Assembly (NCBI RefSeq): GCF_000007005.1
Contig: NC_002754.1
Length of the DNA stretch: 64,000 nucleotides
Reading direction: 5' to 3' (one strand)
Origin: Saccharolobus solfataricus P2
GTDB taxonomy: Archaea > Thermoproteota > Thermoprotei_A > Sulfolobales > Sulfolobaceae
Below, piece by piece: positions 52,329-61,621 of this stretch. Numbering within the stretch: the stretch's first letter is position 1; the number at the start of each line of letters is the position of its first letter. The notes beneath the pieces are model-generated. The model had not been told where the DNA came from and searched no databases. It saw only the letters and a list, made by a program, of their open reading frames with translations. A program made the translations under genes and the position numbers.

Positions 52329-54593
52329 TTACTCTATTTGTACATTTGATAGAAATATTCTTCTTTCCATAATGGGTTTCGTCTCCTTTATTCTGAATGT
52401 ATCCTTAAGAATTATGTTTTCAGACGAATTTCCTATTAATATCTGATACTCGCCTTTCTCTACTACTAGTCGCATAAAGTTATCGTAAAACGCTAACGCT
52501 TCCATGGGTAGTGCGAATTTGACTCTTCTCTTTTCACCAGGTTTAAGATGAACTTTAGCAAATCCTTTTAATTCCTTAACTGGTCTAGCAACGCTAGAAA
52601 AGCTTTTTGAAATATATAGTTGGACTACCTCATCGCCTTCCATATTTCCCACATTTTTAACGTCAAGTAAAATGGTGATATAACTTAAAGGTCCAACCTC
52701 TTTTGGGGTAACTTCAAGGTTAGAATATTCGAATTGTGTGTAACTTAAACCATATCCAAACGTAAATAGTGGAGATGAATGGAGCATAACATATGGTCTA
52801 AAGGAAGACGGTTTCCTACTATAATATAATGGTATTTGCCCAGTATCCATTGGGAACGTTATAGGTAATCGTCCACTTGGATTGTAGTCTCCAAATATTA
52901 TATCTGCTATGGCATTTCCTCCTTCTTCTCCAGGGAACCATGCTTCAATTATCGCTTTGACGTAATTAATTATTGGTGAAAGGACCAAGGGCCTACCATT
53001 AATTAAAACTAAAATTATTGGTTTTCCGGTCTTATATAGTTCTTTAAGTAATTCCTCTTGAACTCCAAGTAATCTAAGACTAGCCCTATCGTTACCCTCC
53101 CCAGTGACCGCTTGATATTTCTTAAACTCTTCTTCAGAAGGAATATCTGTCCAGGATAGTGGTAACCCTGATTTCTCACCCATGACTGCTATTATTACAT
53201 CAGCTTGCTTGGCTATTTCTATTGCCTCGGAGAACCCTTCTTTCGATTCACCTGCAATATCACACCCCTTTGCGTAAAGTACTTTGCCTTCTCCAACTTT
53301 TTTCGCTATTCCTTGGAGTACCGTTACTATCTCTATCCCGCTATCTATATTTAGGTGTCCGGTATAAGTATAGTCTCCTAACATGTTTCTTGGATCATTG
53401 GCATTTGGCCCTATCACTGCAATTTTATTAATATTCTTACTTAAAGGTAACATATTGTTCTCGTTTTTGAGGAGGACTATCGACTCTCTGGCAGCCTTTA
53501 ACGCTAATTCTCTAGATTTTCGATCATCCAACCTTTCTGGAACTGCGCTTTCGTCGACAAATGGATTATCTAAAAGTCCAAGTCTTTCTTTAATTCGCAA
53601 AACTCTCTCCACTGCTCTATCTATTATAGCCTCTGAGACTAGACCCTCCTTTATAGCAGTAACTAAAGGTTCACCGTAACAATCTATGGTCGGAAACTCA
53701 ATGTCCACTCCAGATTCGAGAGCCAAAATAGCTGCCTCCATCTTATTTGACGCAACCTTGTGTATTGCCTCTAATTGTCTAATACCATCGTAATCTGATA
53801 CCACTATTCCGTCAAATCCCCATTCTTGTCTTAGAATATTAGTTAGTAATTGGGGATTACCATGACATGGGACTCCATCAATTTCATGATATGCTGGCAT
53901 AATTGACATTACTTTTCCTATCTTTACTGCCACCTCAAATGGGAATAAGAACGTTTCCCTTAATTCTCTATTTCCCACATGTACTTGTGCAATATTTCTT
54001 CCACCCTCTGGAAAACCATGGGCTGCGAAGTGCTTTGCAGTTGCCACTAATTGGGTCTCACCTTGTAATCCAGTAATATATGCTAATCCCATTGAAGCTA
54101 CTAGATATGGGTCTTCCCCGTAAGTCTCTTCACACCTCCCCCATCTTGGGTCTCTGCAAACATCTAATACTGGAGAAAGACATTGGTTAACCCCAATTAG
54201 CCTTCCTTGAGATCTTATGGTTGATGCTACATTTGTAAGTAATTCTGGATTCCAAGTACTGGCTAGCCCAATAGCTTGGGGAAACGCTGTAGAAGAATAT
54301 CCCATTAAGCCAGATAGACATTCCTCATGTATTATAGCTGGAATTTTGAGCCTGGTATTTTCCACCAGAAACTTTTGAACTTTATTCACCAGTTTTACGA
54401 CTTCTTTTGGTTTTAGACCTAATCTGCTACCAGCTACTCTGGTGATCTGCCCTATTCCTAATTTTAGATATTTCCTCGCTTTTTCCTCAGAGAATTCCTT
54501 TCCCTCCATAAGAGCGTCTATTGGTATAGCTTGGAGTTGAGCTATTTTTTCCTCTATGCTCATCTGATTTAGGAGACTCTTTATAGCTGTCAC
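52329..54593 (-). CDS. GH3 beta-xylosidase/alpha-L-arabinosidase
   Basis: RDPRWGRCEE, KHFAAHG and VSDY motifs, C-terminal Fn3-like domain; 754 aa. Confidence 0.93.
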   Translation of the reverse strand: MTAIKSLLNQMSIEEKIAQLQAIPIDALMEGKEFSEEKARKYLKLGIGQITRVAGSRLGLKPKEVVKLVNKVQKFLVENTRLKIPAIIHEECLSGLMGYSSTAFPQAIGLASTWNPELLTNVASTIRSQGRLIGVNQCLSPVLDVCRDPRWGRCEETYGEDPYLVASMGLAYITGLQGETQLVATAKHFAAHGFPEGGRNIAQVHVGNRELRETFLFPFEVAVKIGKVMSIMPAYHEIDGVPCHGNPQLLTNILRQEWGFDGIVVSDYDGIRQLEAIHKVASNKMEAAILALESGVDIEFPTIDCYGEPLVTAIKEGLVSEAIIDRAVERVLRIKERLGLLDNPFVDESAVPERLDDRKSRELALKAARESIVLLKNENNMLPLSKNINKIAVIGPNANDPRNMLGDYTYTGHLNIDSGIEIVTVLQGIAKKVGEGKVLYAKGCDIAGESKEGFSEAIEIAKQADVIIAVMGEKSGLPLSWTDIPSEEEFKKYQAVTGEGNDRASLRLLGVQEELLKELYKTGKPIILVLINGRPLVLSPIINYVKAIIEAWFPGEEGGNAIADIIFGDYNPSGRLPITFPMDTGQIPLYYSRKPSSFRPYVMLHSSPLFTFGYGLSYTQFEYSNLEVTPKEVGPLSYITILLDVKNVGNMEGDEVVQLYISKSFSSVARPVKELKGFAKVHLKPGEKRRVKFALPMEALAFYDNFMRLVVEKGEYQILIGNSSENIILKDTFRIKETKPIMERRIFLSNVQIE

Positions 54594-54616
54594 GATATTA
54601 GAGTATCTGTATCTAG

Positions 54617-54641
54617 ATTTAAGAGTTCTGGCTTACATGTT
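54617..54641 (-). promoter_or_regulatory. ara-box-like element plus TATA of the GH3 gene
   Basis: AACATGTA-N11-TTAAAT; the TATA ends 24 bp before the GTG start. Confidence 0.65.
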
Positions 54642-54954
54642 ATATCTCGACTGATTTAAATACTCTACTACTTAATGACCTAACAATTCCCTTAAATAAG
54701 AGAGATATTTTGGTAACATGAAATCACCGTTTTCCAGTTCAGGATACCACATTTTCTCCCACTCGACTGATATGTAATATTTATACCCAAATCCCTTTAG
54801 ATCCATAACTATTTTCTTTAGGGGAATAATCCCTTTACCCGGTTCAACGAATACTCTTTTATTATTCTTTATCACAAAATCCTTCACATGAACTTGAAAT
54901 ATTCTTTCAGATATTAAAGGGAAAACTTCCTCATGGGAATTGTTTGCGTAAATT

Positions 54955-56393
54955 CAGTGGTGTTTCACCAATTTTACTCAAAATGATACAATTTCTATGG
55001 AAGAGAAAAATATCAGAGCGGAGTTAGAAAAATCGGCTTATTTCAACACAAGAAGCAAAAAATTTTCATATTTGTTGAAGAAACTAACAGAAAACGAGTT
55101 TATATATAAAGAGTAATACCATTTGTCTAGTATTATCAATAGAGGAAAGTAGGTGGAAGGACGAGATGAACAAGAAAAGGTTAAAGCGAGGGACTCCATA
55201 ACTCCGTTATGCAAACCATGATATTACCCAAAACGGAGCTGAAGTCCCTCGCTATAACTTTAGCAACAAACAATATTAACGTTATCTCTCAAGATCTAGA
55301 CCCGGAAATAGTGAAAGCAGCACCATCCTTGCTAACCGGAAACAGAGGAAAATACTACTTGAAGGTAGTAAGACGAGGCGAGAAAGTAATTAGTAAAGGT
55401 CAGAGAACCTTCAAGTTCTACCCAATCTACAGAGAAGTAAAGGGAGAGATCAACGTAGTCGCTGTAGATGAGACCGGATTAACCGTGGGAGAAAAGGAAC
55501 AAGAAAAAGCAGAGGGCTTTCTACTCTACAACTGGAAGAGAAAAGGAGTAAAGATGAGATCCTTGGACCTCGTATATCCCTTAAGGTTACCCCTCCTAGT
55601 GGAGGTAGCAGATTTGAGAAGCGACAGTCCATCACAGTTCCTACTCAGGAGCGTGAGGGAAGTAAGCCAATACATGGAAATAGATTACGTTGTAGCTGAC
55701 GCCGGATTCTTGAACCTAGGGGTCATCAAGGAAATGCCCGTGAAGACCATTGTGAGAGGAAAGTCGAACTTGAAGGGATTCAAGGAACTATCTAACGTTC
55801 CATTAGTTGAGAAGAGATACGAGGTTAAGGACAAGGTTTACGTTGCGTATAGGGTCTTGGAATTTGAAGGGCTTTATTATTACGATGTGGTTTACGTTAA
55901 GGGGAAGCCGAGGCACTTCATGTTCGTAACGAACTTCGAGGGAGATCCCTATGAACTGGCTGAACTCTATAGGTTGAGGTGGCAAGTTGAGGAGGGTTTT
56001 AAGGTTAGGAAGGCAAGGATAAGGTATGTTAGGAAGTTGAGTAATAAGATCTTCTTGTTCCTCTATTACACGGTTCTGGATTCTGCGTGGAATCTAGTGA
56101 ATCATCTTCTCTTTAACTTCAAGTCCACGTGTAAGAAGGTTTTGTCCTTCGATTCATTCGTCAAGCTTCTCTAACTTTCTCGGTGTTCAGAGGAGACTAT
56201 GCACGTCGTTTTCACCACGTGAGAAAAATTCAGAATTCTCCTCTTATTATTAGAATTGTACGCTATATTTTTTGCAAATTATTTTAACATGTTATGTTTC
56301 ATAATAATTTTATTGTTTTTCTCTATATCAATCTCTTTTTGAAAGGACTAATATTATATCTTTCAAATGAAATAATTTGGTGAAACACCACTG
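54955..56393 (+). mobile_element. ISC1439 copy 3
   Basis: Exactly 1439 bp; TSD GCGTAAATT on the left versus GCGGTAAATT on the right (one extra G). Confidence 0.96.
55209..56174 (+). CDS. ISC1439 transposase
   Basis: Protein identical to copy 1. Confidence 0.95.
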   Translation: MQTMILPKTELKSLAITLATNNINVISQDLDPEIVKAAPSLLTGNRGKYYLKVVRRGEKVISKGQRTFKFYPIYREVKGEINVVAVDETGLTVGEKEQEKAEGFLLYNWKRKGVKMRSLDLVYPLRLPLLVEVADLRSDSPSQFLLRSVREVSQYMEIDYVVADAGFLNLGVIKEMPVKTIVRGKSNLKGFKELSNVPLVEKRYEVKDKVYVAYRVLEFEGLYYYDVVYVKGKPRHFMFVTNFEGDPYELAELYRLRWQVEEGFKVRKARIRYVRKLSNKIFLFLYYTVLDSAWNLVNHLLFNFKSTCKKVLSFDSFVKLL

Positions 56394-56923
56394 GCGGTAA
56401 ATTACATTAGCTGGGTCATATACGAATCCTATGTCCTCCTCGAGCTCTTGCAATAACTTAACTATGTTATCCTTTTTAGCTAAACTGTCATGAGTTTCTA
56501 TAAGAATTTTAACTGAATAATCTTCAGCTATTCTATTCATCCTATTTAATGACTCGGCTATTCTATGAATTGCACTTTTTTCAGAGAATTCTCCTCCATA
56601 TACTCTTACTCCAAGAGCATTCAAGCTATTAGCCATTTTTATTAACGTTTCCAATGCTTTCTCGTTCCTTTTTCTCTCAGATTCATCAGAAAAATGGAAC
56701 CTAGTATATCCTGCCAGATCAGATATTTTGATTGATGAGAGAATTTCTAACGCTTTTCTATTTATCGGGAACTCCGGTTTCAAATGTTTACCATCGTCTG
56801 CTACTCTCAACTCTAGTCCATCGAACCCAAACCTACTTACCCTCTCTACAACATCTTCTAAACTTAACTCTGGATAAGCCAAACTAGTGAACACGATTTC
56901 CATTGAAATAGATTAGCAATATG

Positions 56924-56933
56924 TTTTATAAGT
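56924..56933. promoter_or_regulatory. Shared palindromic TATA between divergent genes
   Basis: TTATAA (56926-31) is centred about 25 bp from both start codons (56903 and 56953). Confidence 0.5.
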
Positions 56934-56952
56934 TTTCTACGAAGATAGAGAT

Positions 56953-57861
56953 ATGGATGGAGTTTTCCTAACCAACGTAACACCTTTCACCAAAACATTG
57001 GAGCTAGACTTAGAAGGGCTAAAAAGAATCGTGGAGTTCGCACAGAACTCCGGGTATAAGTATATTGTGCCTTTAGGTACTGCTGGTGAATTCTCCTCTT
57101 TAACCGTTGAAGAGAAAGTTAGAGTTGTTGATCATGTGAGAAGAGCATTAAGTAAGGGCGAAATTATAGCTGGTGCCTCATCTACCTCATTTTTAGAAAC
57201 TGGTGAGCTTTGCAAGAAATATAAGGAGATAGGTGTCGATAAAATTATGGTCTTACCTCCTTATTACTTAAAGGGTAATGAAAAGGGACTGATGGAGTAT
57301 TTCTTTAAGGTGGCTGAACTATGTGATTCAACCATGGTATTATATAACAATCCATCATCAACGGGAGTGGATCTCTCTCCTCAACTAATAAAGAGATTAA
57401 ATGATATGATACCTAGTTTTAGGGTGCTAAAGGAGGCTAGGTATAATGTTGTAGAATTTAAGGAAGTGGTAAGACTAGTAGGGGATAAGATAGATGTAAT
57501 AGATGGTTTAGAAGAGAGAGCGCTATTGGGTCTTGTTTTAGGGGCTAAAGGATTTACAACTTCAATGGGCTCCTTTTCCTCTTTACCCCTTATGATTTAT
57601 GAGAGTTATGAGAAAAAGAGGAATATTGATACTGCCATAAGACTATATGATCTGCTCTTAGAGTATAGGTCATTTATAAAACTCCCCTTGACAATGTCCC
57701 ATTTAGCTAAGCTAGGGGCGTGGCTACGTGGTTTAATCTCAAGCTATGCTACACGACCACCGCTACCAAATTTGGACGATGTGGTAAGTGAGGATGTTAA
57801 GAGAAAGATGATAGAGAAAATAAATCAAATAATAAGCTTTGAGAAAAATACTATAGAGTAA
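56953..57861 (+). CDS. DapA/NAL-family class I aldolase/dehydratase
   Basis: GTAGEF, YNNP and Schiff-base LKEA motifs. Confidence 0.88.
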   Translation: MDGVFLTNVTPFTKTLELDLEGLKRIVEFAQNSGYKYIVPLGTAGEFSSLTVEEKVRVVDHVRRALSKGEIIAGASSTSFLETGELCKKYKEIGVDKIMVLPPYYLKGNEKGLMEYFFKVAELCDSTMVLYNNPSSTGVDLSPQLIKRLNDMIPSFRVLKEARYNVVEFKEVVRLVGDKIDVIDGLEERALLGLVLGAKGFTTSMGSFSSLPLMIYESYEKKRNIDTAIRLYDLLLEYRSFIKLPLTMSHLAKLGAWLRGLISSYATRPPLPNLDDVVSEDVKRKMIEKINQIISFEKNTIE

Positions 57862-57981
57862 GGCAGATTGTATAATGAACTATTGCACTAATATGAAGGG
57901 ACTTCCCTTAGCCCCCAACAGGTTAAGACATATGCCATCATTATTACAAAGGTAAAACCATAATATACTCTTGCTATCACT

Positions 57982-59694
57982 TTAAGAACGCAATTTATTT
58001 TTGAATAATTCCTCTACTACTTTAGCTGCCAACTTTGGCTGTCTATCTCTAGTAAATATTCCTTTCCTATTAAGTATTGTTCTGCTTGGATTTTGAGGGG
58101 TCCTAAAGTCGGCGAAGTTCCATATGTGAAAGCCTACAATATAATCTTTCTCCCTCAATGCTTCTATATACTTTCTTATCATTTCACTCTGATATTCCTC
58201 TGACCACATTTGGGGAGGATCGCTATGAAGACCGTATATGGCATCAGCACCAAATTCAGTAATGATTATTGGCTTCTCTGGAAATTTCTTATGGATTTCC
58301 TCCAACTCTATTGCGACAACCTTTACACCACTATCAATATCCCCCCACTCAGTATACCATCCATGGTAATAATTTAAGGAAATTACGTCAACGTATTCCA
58401 ATGCTAGGTCTCGTACTGATCTATGAGAAGCAAAAGTTACTGGTCTGGAAGAGTCCAAACTCTTAAAGAGTTCTACTTCCCTCCTTATGAATTCTGCAAC
58501 CTCACGTATATCGCTTGGAGGTTCATTCATTACACTATACATTATCACAGAAGGCCTATTTTTATGTTGTCTAATCATTTCCTTTATCGTATCCCTTACT
58601 TTTTCGAAGTACTTCACATCGCCGAACATCTTAGCAATCTCCTCTTGGCTCATTACTCTACTGATATTGGAATAACATAAAGGTGGTTCCAGTATGACCA
58701 AAAATCCCATTTCATCAGCTAAATCTAAGTGTTCGTTTGAATAAGGGTAGTGGGAAGTTCTGAAGGAGTTTGCTCCAATTTTTCTCATAAGGTAAAAATC
58801 CCTAACTAATACTGCCCCATAGGTAAATTTGCCTAGTATTGGAAAATCCTCATGCCTTCCAAAGCCCTTCAAGAATATGGGTTTTCCGTTTAAGTATATT
58901 TTGCCATCCTTCACCTCTACATCTCTAAAGCCTATACGTTCATAAACCGAATCCTTCAGATTACCACCAACGTACATTTCCACTATGAGAGTGTATAAGT
59001 AGGGATTATCTGGAGACCAAGGTATAACATTATTTACATCCTTTTCGAATACTTCGTTACTACTCTCCTCATTCAATATTACCCTTCCCTCTTTATCAAC
59101 TAATTTAAACCTTAAGCTGAACCTTTGATTACATTCTGACAAAATTTCTACCTTTAGGTGCCCATAGGATTTAGTATATACCGTTATGTCTTCTACGTGA
59201 CACTCATCTACAAACTCTATGTAAACCGGCCTATGGATTCCCCCATAGTTAAAGAAATCAAATGCTGCATTGTTTAGATCTCTGGCTGGGGGTAAGTTAT
59301 AGGGGGATGGCGTGTTATCTATCTTCACTACTATTTTATTAAATTCATTAACTTTAAGTTTAATAGGAAATTTAAACTGGGTAAATGATCCCTCATGAGT
59401 CCCCCCATATTCTCCGTTAATCCAAAGTTTTGTGATGTATCCAGCCCCCTCAAATACCATCCAAGCCTTCCTATTTCCATTATCGTTGCTAACGAACAAG
59501 TCCTTTTGGTACCACGCTATCCCAGAAAACTGATCCCACTTTGGGTTTTGCTCATTCCAAGAAGCTGGTACGTAAATAATATCTTCAGATTCTAAGCCTT
59601 TATACCACCCATTCTCTTCCCCAGTATTCTCGTTATCTATCTTGAATTTCCAGAAGCCTTGAAGGTCTATTTTAGGTCTATAAAACGATCTCAT
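57982..59694 (-). CDS. gusB: GH2 beta-glucuronidase
   Basis: DFFNYGGIHR, FRTSHYP, MNEP, ITEFGAD and N.KGIFTRDRQPK motifs. Confidence 0.93.
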   Translation of the reverse strand: MRSFYRPKIDLQGFWKFKIDNENTGEENGWYKGLESEDIIYVPASWNEQNPKWDQFSGIAWYQKDLFVSNDNGNRKAWMVFEGAGYITKLWINGEYGGTHEGSFTQFKFPIKLKVNEFNKIVVKIDNTPSPYNLPPARDLNNAAFDFFNYGGIHRPVYIEFVDECHVEDITVYTKSYGHLKVEILSECNQRFSLRFKLVDKEGRVILNEESSNEVFEKDVNNVIPWSPDNPYLYTLIVEMYVGGNLKDSVYERIGFRDVEVKDGKIYLNGKPIFLKGFGRHEDFPILGKFTYGAVLVRDFYLMRKIGANSFRTSHYPYSNEHLDLADEMGFLVILEPPLCYSNISRVMSQEEIAKMFGDVKYFEKVRDTIKEMIRQHKNRPSVIMYSVMNEPPSDIREVAEFIRREVELFKSLDSSRPVTFASHRSVRDLALEYVDVISLNYYHGWYTEWGDIDSGVKVVAIELEEIHKKFPEKPIIITEFGADAIYGLHSDPPQMWSEEYQSEMIRKYIEALREKDYIVGFHIWNFADFRTPQNPSRTILNRKGIFTRDRQPKLAAKVVEELFKNKLRS

Positions 59695-59811
59695 ATAATA
59701 TCTACAGACAAGAGAATCTAATTAAAGCTTTGTTAATATATATTACAAACTCGTAAATAGTAACGCTAAAGGATTAAATAGGTAGTCTCATACTTCTATT
59801 CGGGGTAAATA

Positions 59812-61616
59812 TTGGATAAACCAAAGTTAGTATTGAAAGAGTTTGTTCAACACAATGAAGTAGCGCTAGGTCATCATCAGTTTAGATCCCTATATATAGG
59901 CTTTCATCCGATTTCTAGAAACATGATAGTTCATGATGGTCATGCAGCTAAAGTATATTCCAATGGAGAAGTAATATATAGATATGAAAAGTTAGGCAGA
60001 GCGCCCAGAGTTGCAGGTGACACTCACGCAGCATTAACTTGGTCTAAGGATTTATTATTCATAGGAGGATGGCTTAAGGCACCTCCGGGAATGATAGAAG
60101 TATCGCAATATGAGAGGATCTTAAAATATCAAGATATGAGAATGAAGTATAGCCATATACATATGATTTATGATAATGATAAAGTGGAAGTTCTGTGGAG
60201 TAGGAAGTGGGATGATAAGATTCCTCCAAACGGGAGTGTTCTCATGCAGTCATCTTATTCGAAAAGTATTAGTAAAATTAAATCAGACTAGAAATTTTCA
60301 CAATTAGTCGTTTCGATCGAGATGCAGCCAATGAATTAGAACATGAAAACAGCCTCTGAAAAAGCTTATGTGGGAGGATTACGAAATCTTTTTGTAATAG
60401 TACTAGAATGAACCTCGTAAACCCTTGCACATAAGCTTTTCTAAAATAATGTCTTTGTTCAAATTTCTATATCTTAAACGTTAAATGAGCATTTTTCCAT
60501 ACTACTCCAATATTTTTACAAATGTTTTTTGAATTTCATGACTGTTTGAGAACACTCCCCTCCAAACAATTGGTACGGCGAGGTAACTGATCTACTTTAC
60601 GATGATCACGAAGATGCAGTGTACTTCAGTAGAGCTGATGGACATGCAGAATTAGGACTATGGAAAGTAGGTGTATCCACTAGAGATGCAGAATTTCTGG
60701 TGAAGAATCGTACTGTGTATAAGATGGAAATGAAAGACGATAAAATCTACGCCACGATATTTAATCCCATACACACTGACGTTTCCTCAATAATGGTATA
60801 TAATACGCTCAACGGTGAACACAAATTCGTAGAATCCTTCGATTTTCCATTAGAGAACAATAAGAAGATACACATTAGGCGTGTAGGAGGACAAATAGTG
60901 CAAATCCAAAACAAACTAATCGCATTCTATGGTGGGGCACTTATACATATTGACCCACAAAAGGACGTATATAGGTTATATCCATTTCTAGATGTTCGTA
61001 ACCCAGAATCGGAAAGGCCTACTTACATTCCAGGCTTCAGAGCACAAAAAGTTTACATAATGGGTATACCTATTATATCAGCAAATCCTGCAGAGGACTT
61101 ACGGGATATATCATCTAAGACAACATTCGGCTTGCTCCTCAGAATCGACCCAGTAGTACCTCAGATAATCACAGAAAGTGGAGCGATCTTCGGCATGGCA
61201 CATGATGGCGAACATTTATATATCGGCGCGTCTTACGCTAATCACACGGGAGTATACACTTATAGGGCAGGTGATGGCGGAATATTCGCAATACCAGTAA
61301 GTGAACTTTTTAGGAAACCGTGGAATCCAATAAGGATATGGATTCACGATGGTTCGTATTCACCTACTTCAGGGATAGATGGCTGGTTTGGTGGTATTCC
61401 ATTAAAAGGATTTACTGAAAAGAAGTTAAGAGTGTACACTGGAAAATCAACAAAGATGAGAATTGCCGAGTACTCATTGTTCTCCAAGGTTAGAGATGAT
61501 ACTGTTTCGCTAAACACTGGATGGAATATAATAATTTAAGCAATTATTACGATATAGTAGCGTTTAAACTGGACGAGAATATAGATCAAATCCAAGCCGA
61601 AATAATTTTGGAATAA
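59812..61616 (+). pseudogene. DUF2139-like archaeal protein gene interrupted by a MITE, with a further 3' frameshift
   Basis: Excision joins KIPPN|NWYGEVTDLLYDDHEDAVYFSR in frame. A shifted frame after ~61533 continues LSNYYDIVAFKLDENIDQIQAEIILE* to 61616. Family call from memory of the LG..P...GDT....FIGGW.KAP motif. Confidence 0.75.
60232..60559. mobile_element. 328-bp non-autonomous element (MITE)
   Basis: IR GGGAGTGTTCTCA (13 bp perfect, ~28/34 extended); 8-bp TSD CTCCAAAC (60224-31 and 60560-67); no transposase. Confidence 0.9.
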
Positions 61617-61621
61617 AATTT

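Larger units (their letters stand above)
54672..56903 (-). pseudogene. Second sugar isomerase/epimerase TIM-barrel gene, split by ISC1439 copy 3
   Basis: Excision gives ...YDPANVIY|ANNSHEEVFPLISERIFQVHVKDF...SVEWE in frame, with LIETHD, YDPAN, HVKD and VEWE motifs. Confidence 0.9.

Noticed and set aside
57896-57909. AAGGGA-CT-TCCCTT mini-hairpin between convergent aldolase and gusB genes
   Set aside because: 6-bp stem with a 2-nt loop is too weak, and archaeal termination relies on T-tracts.
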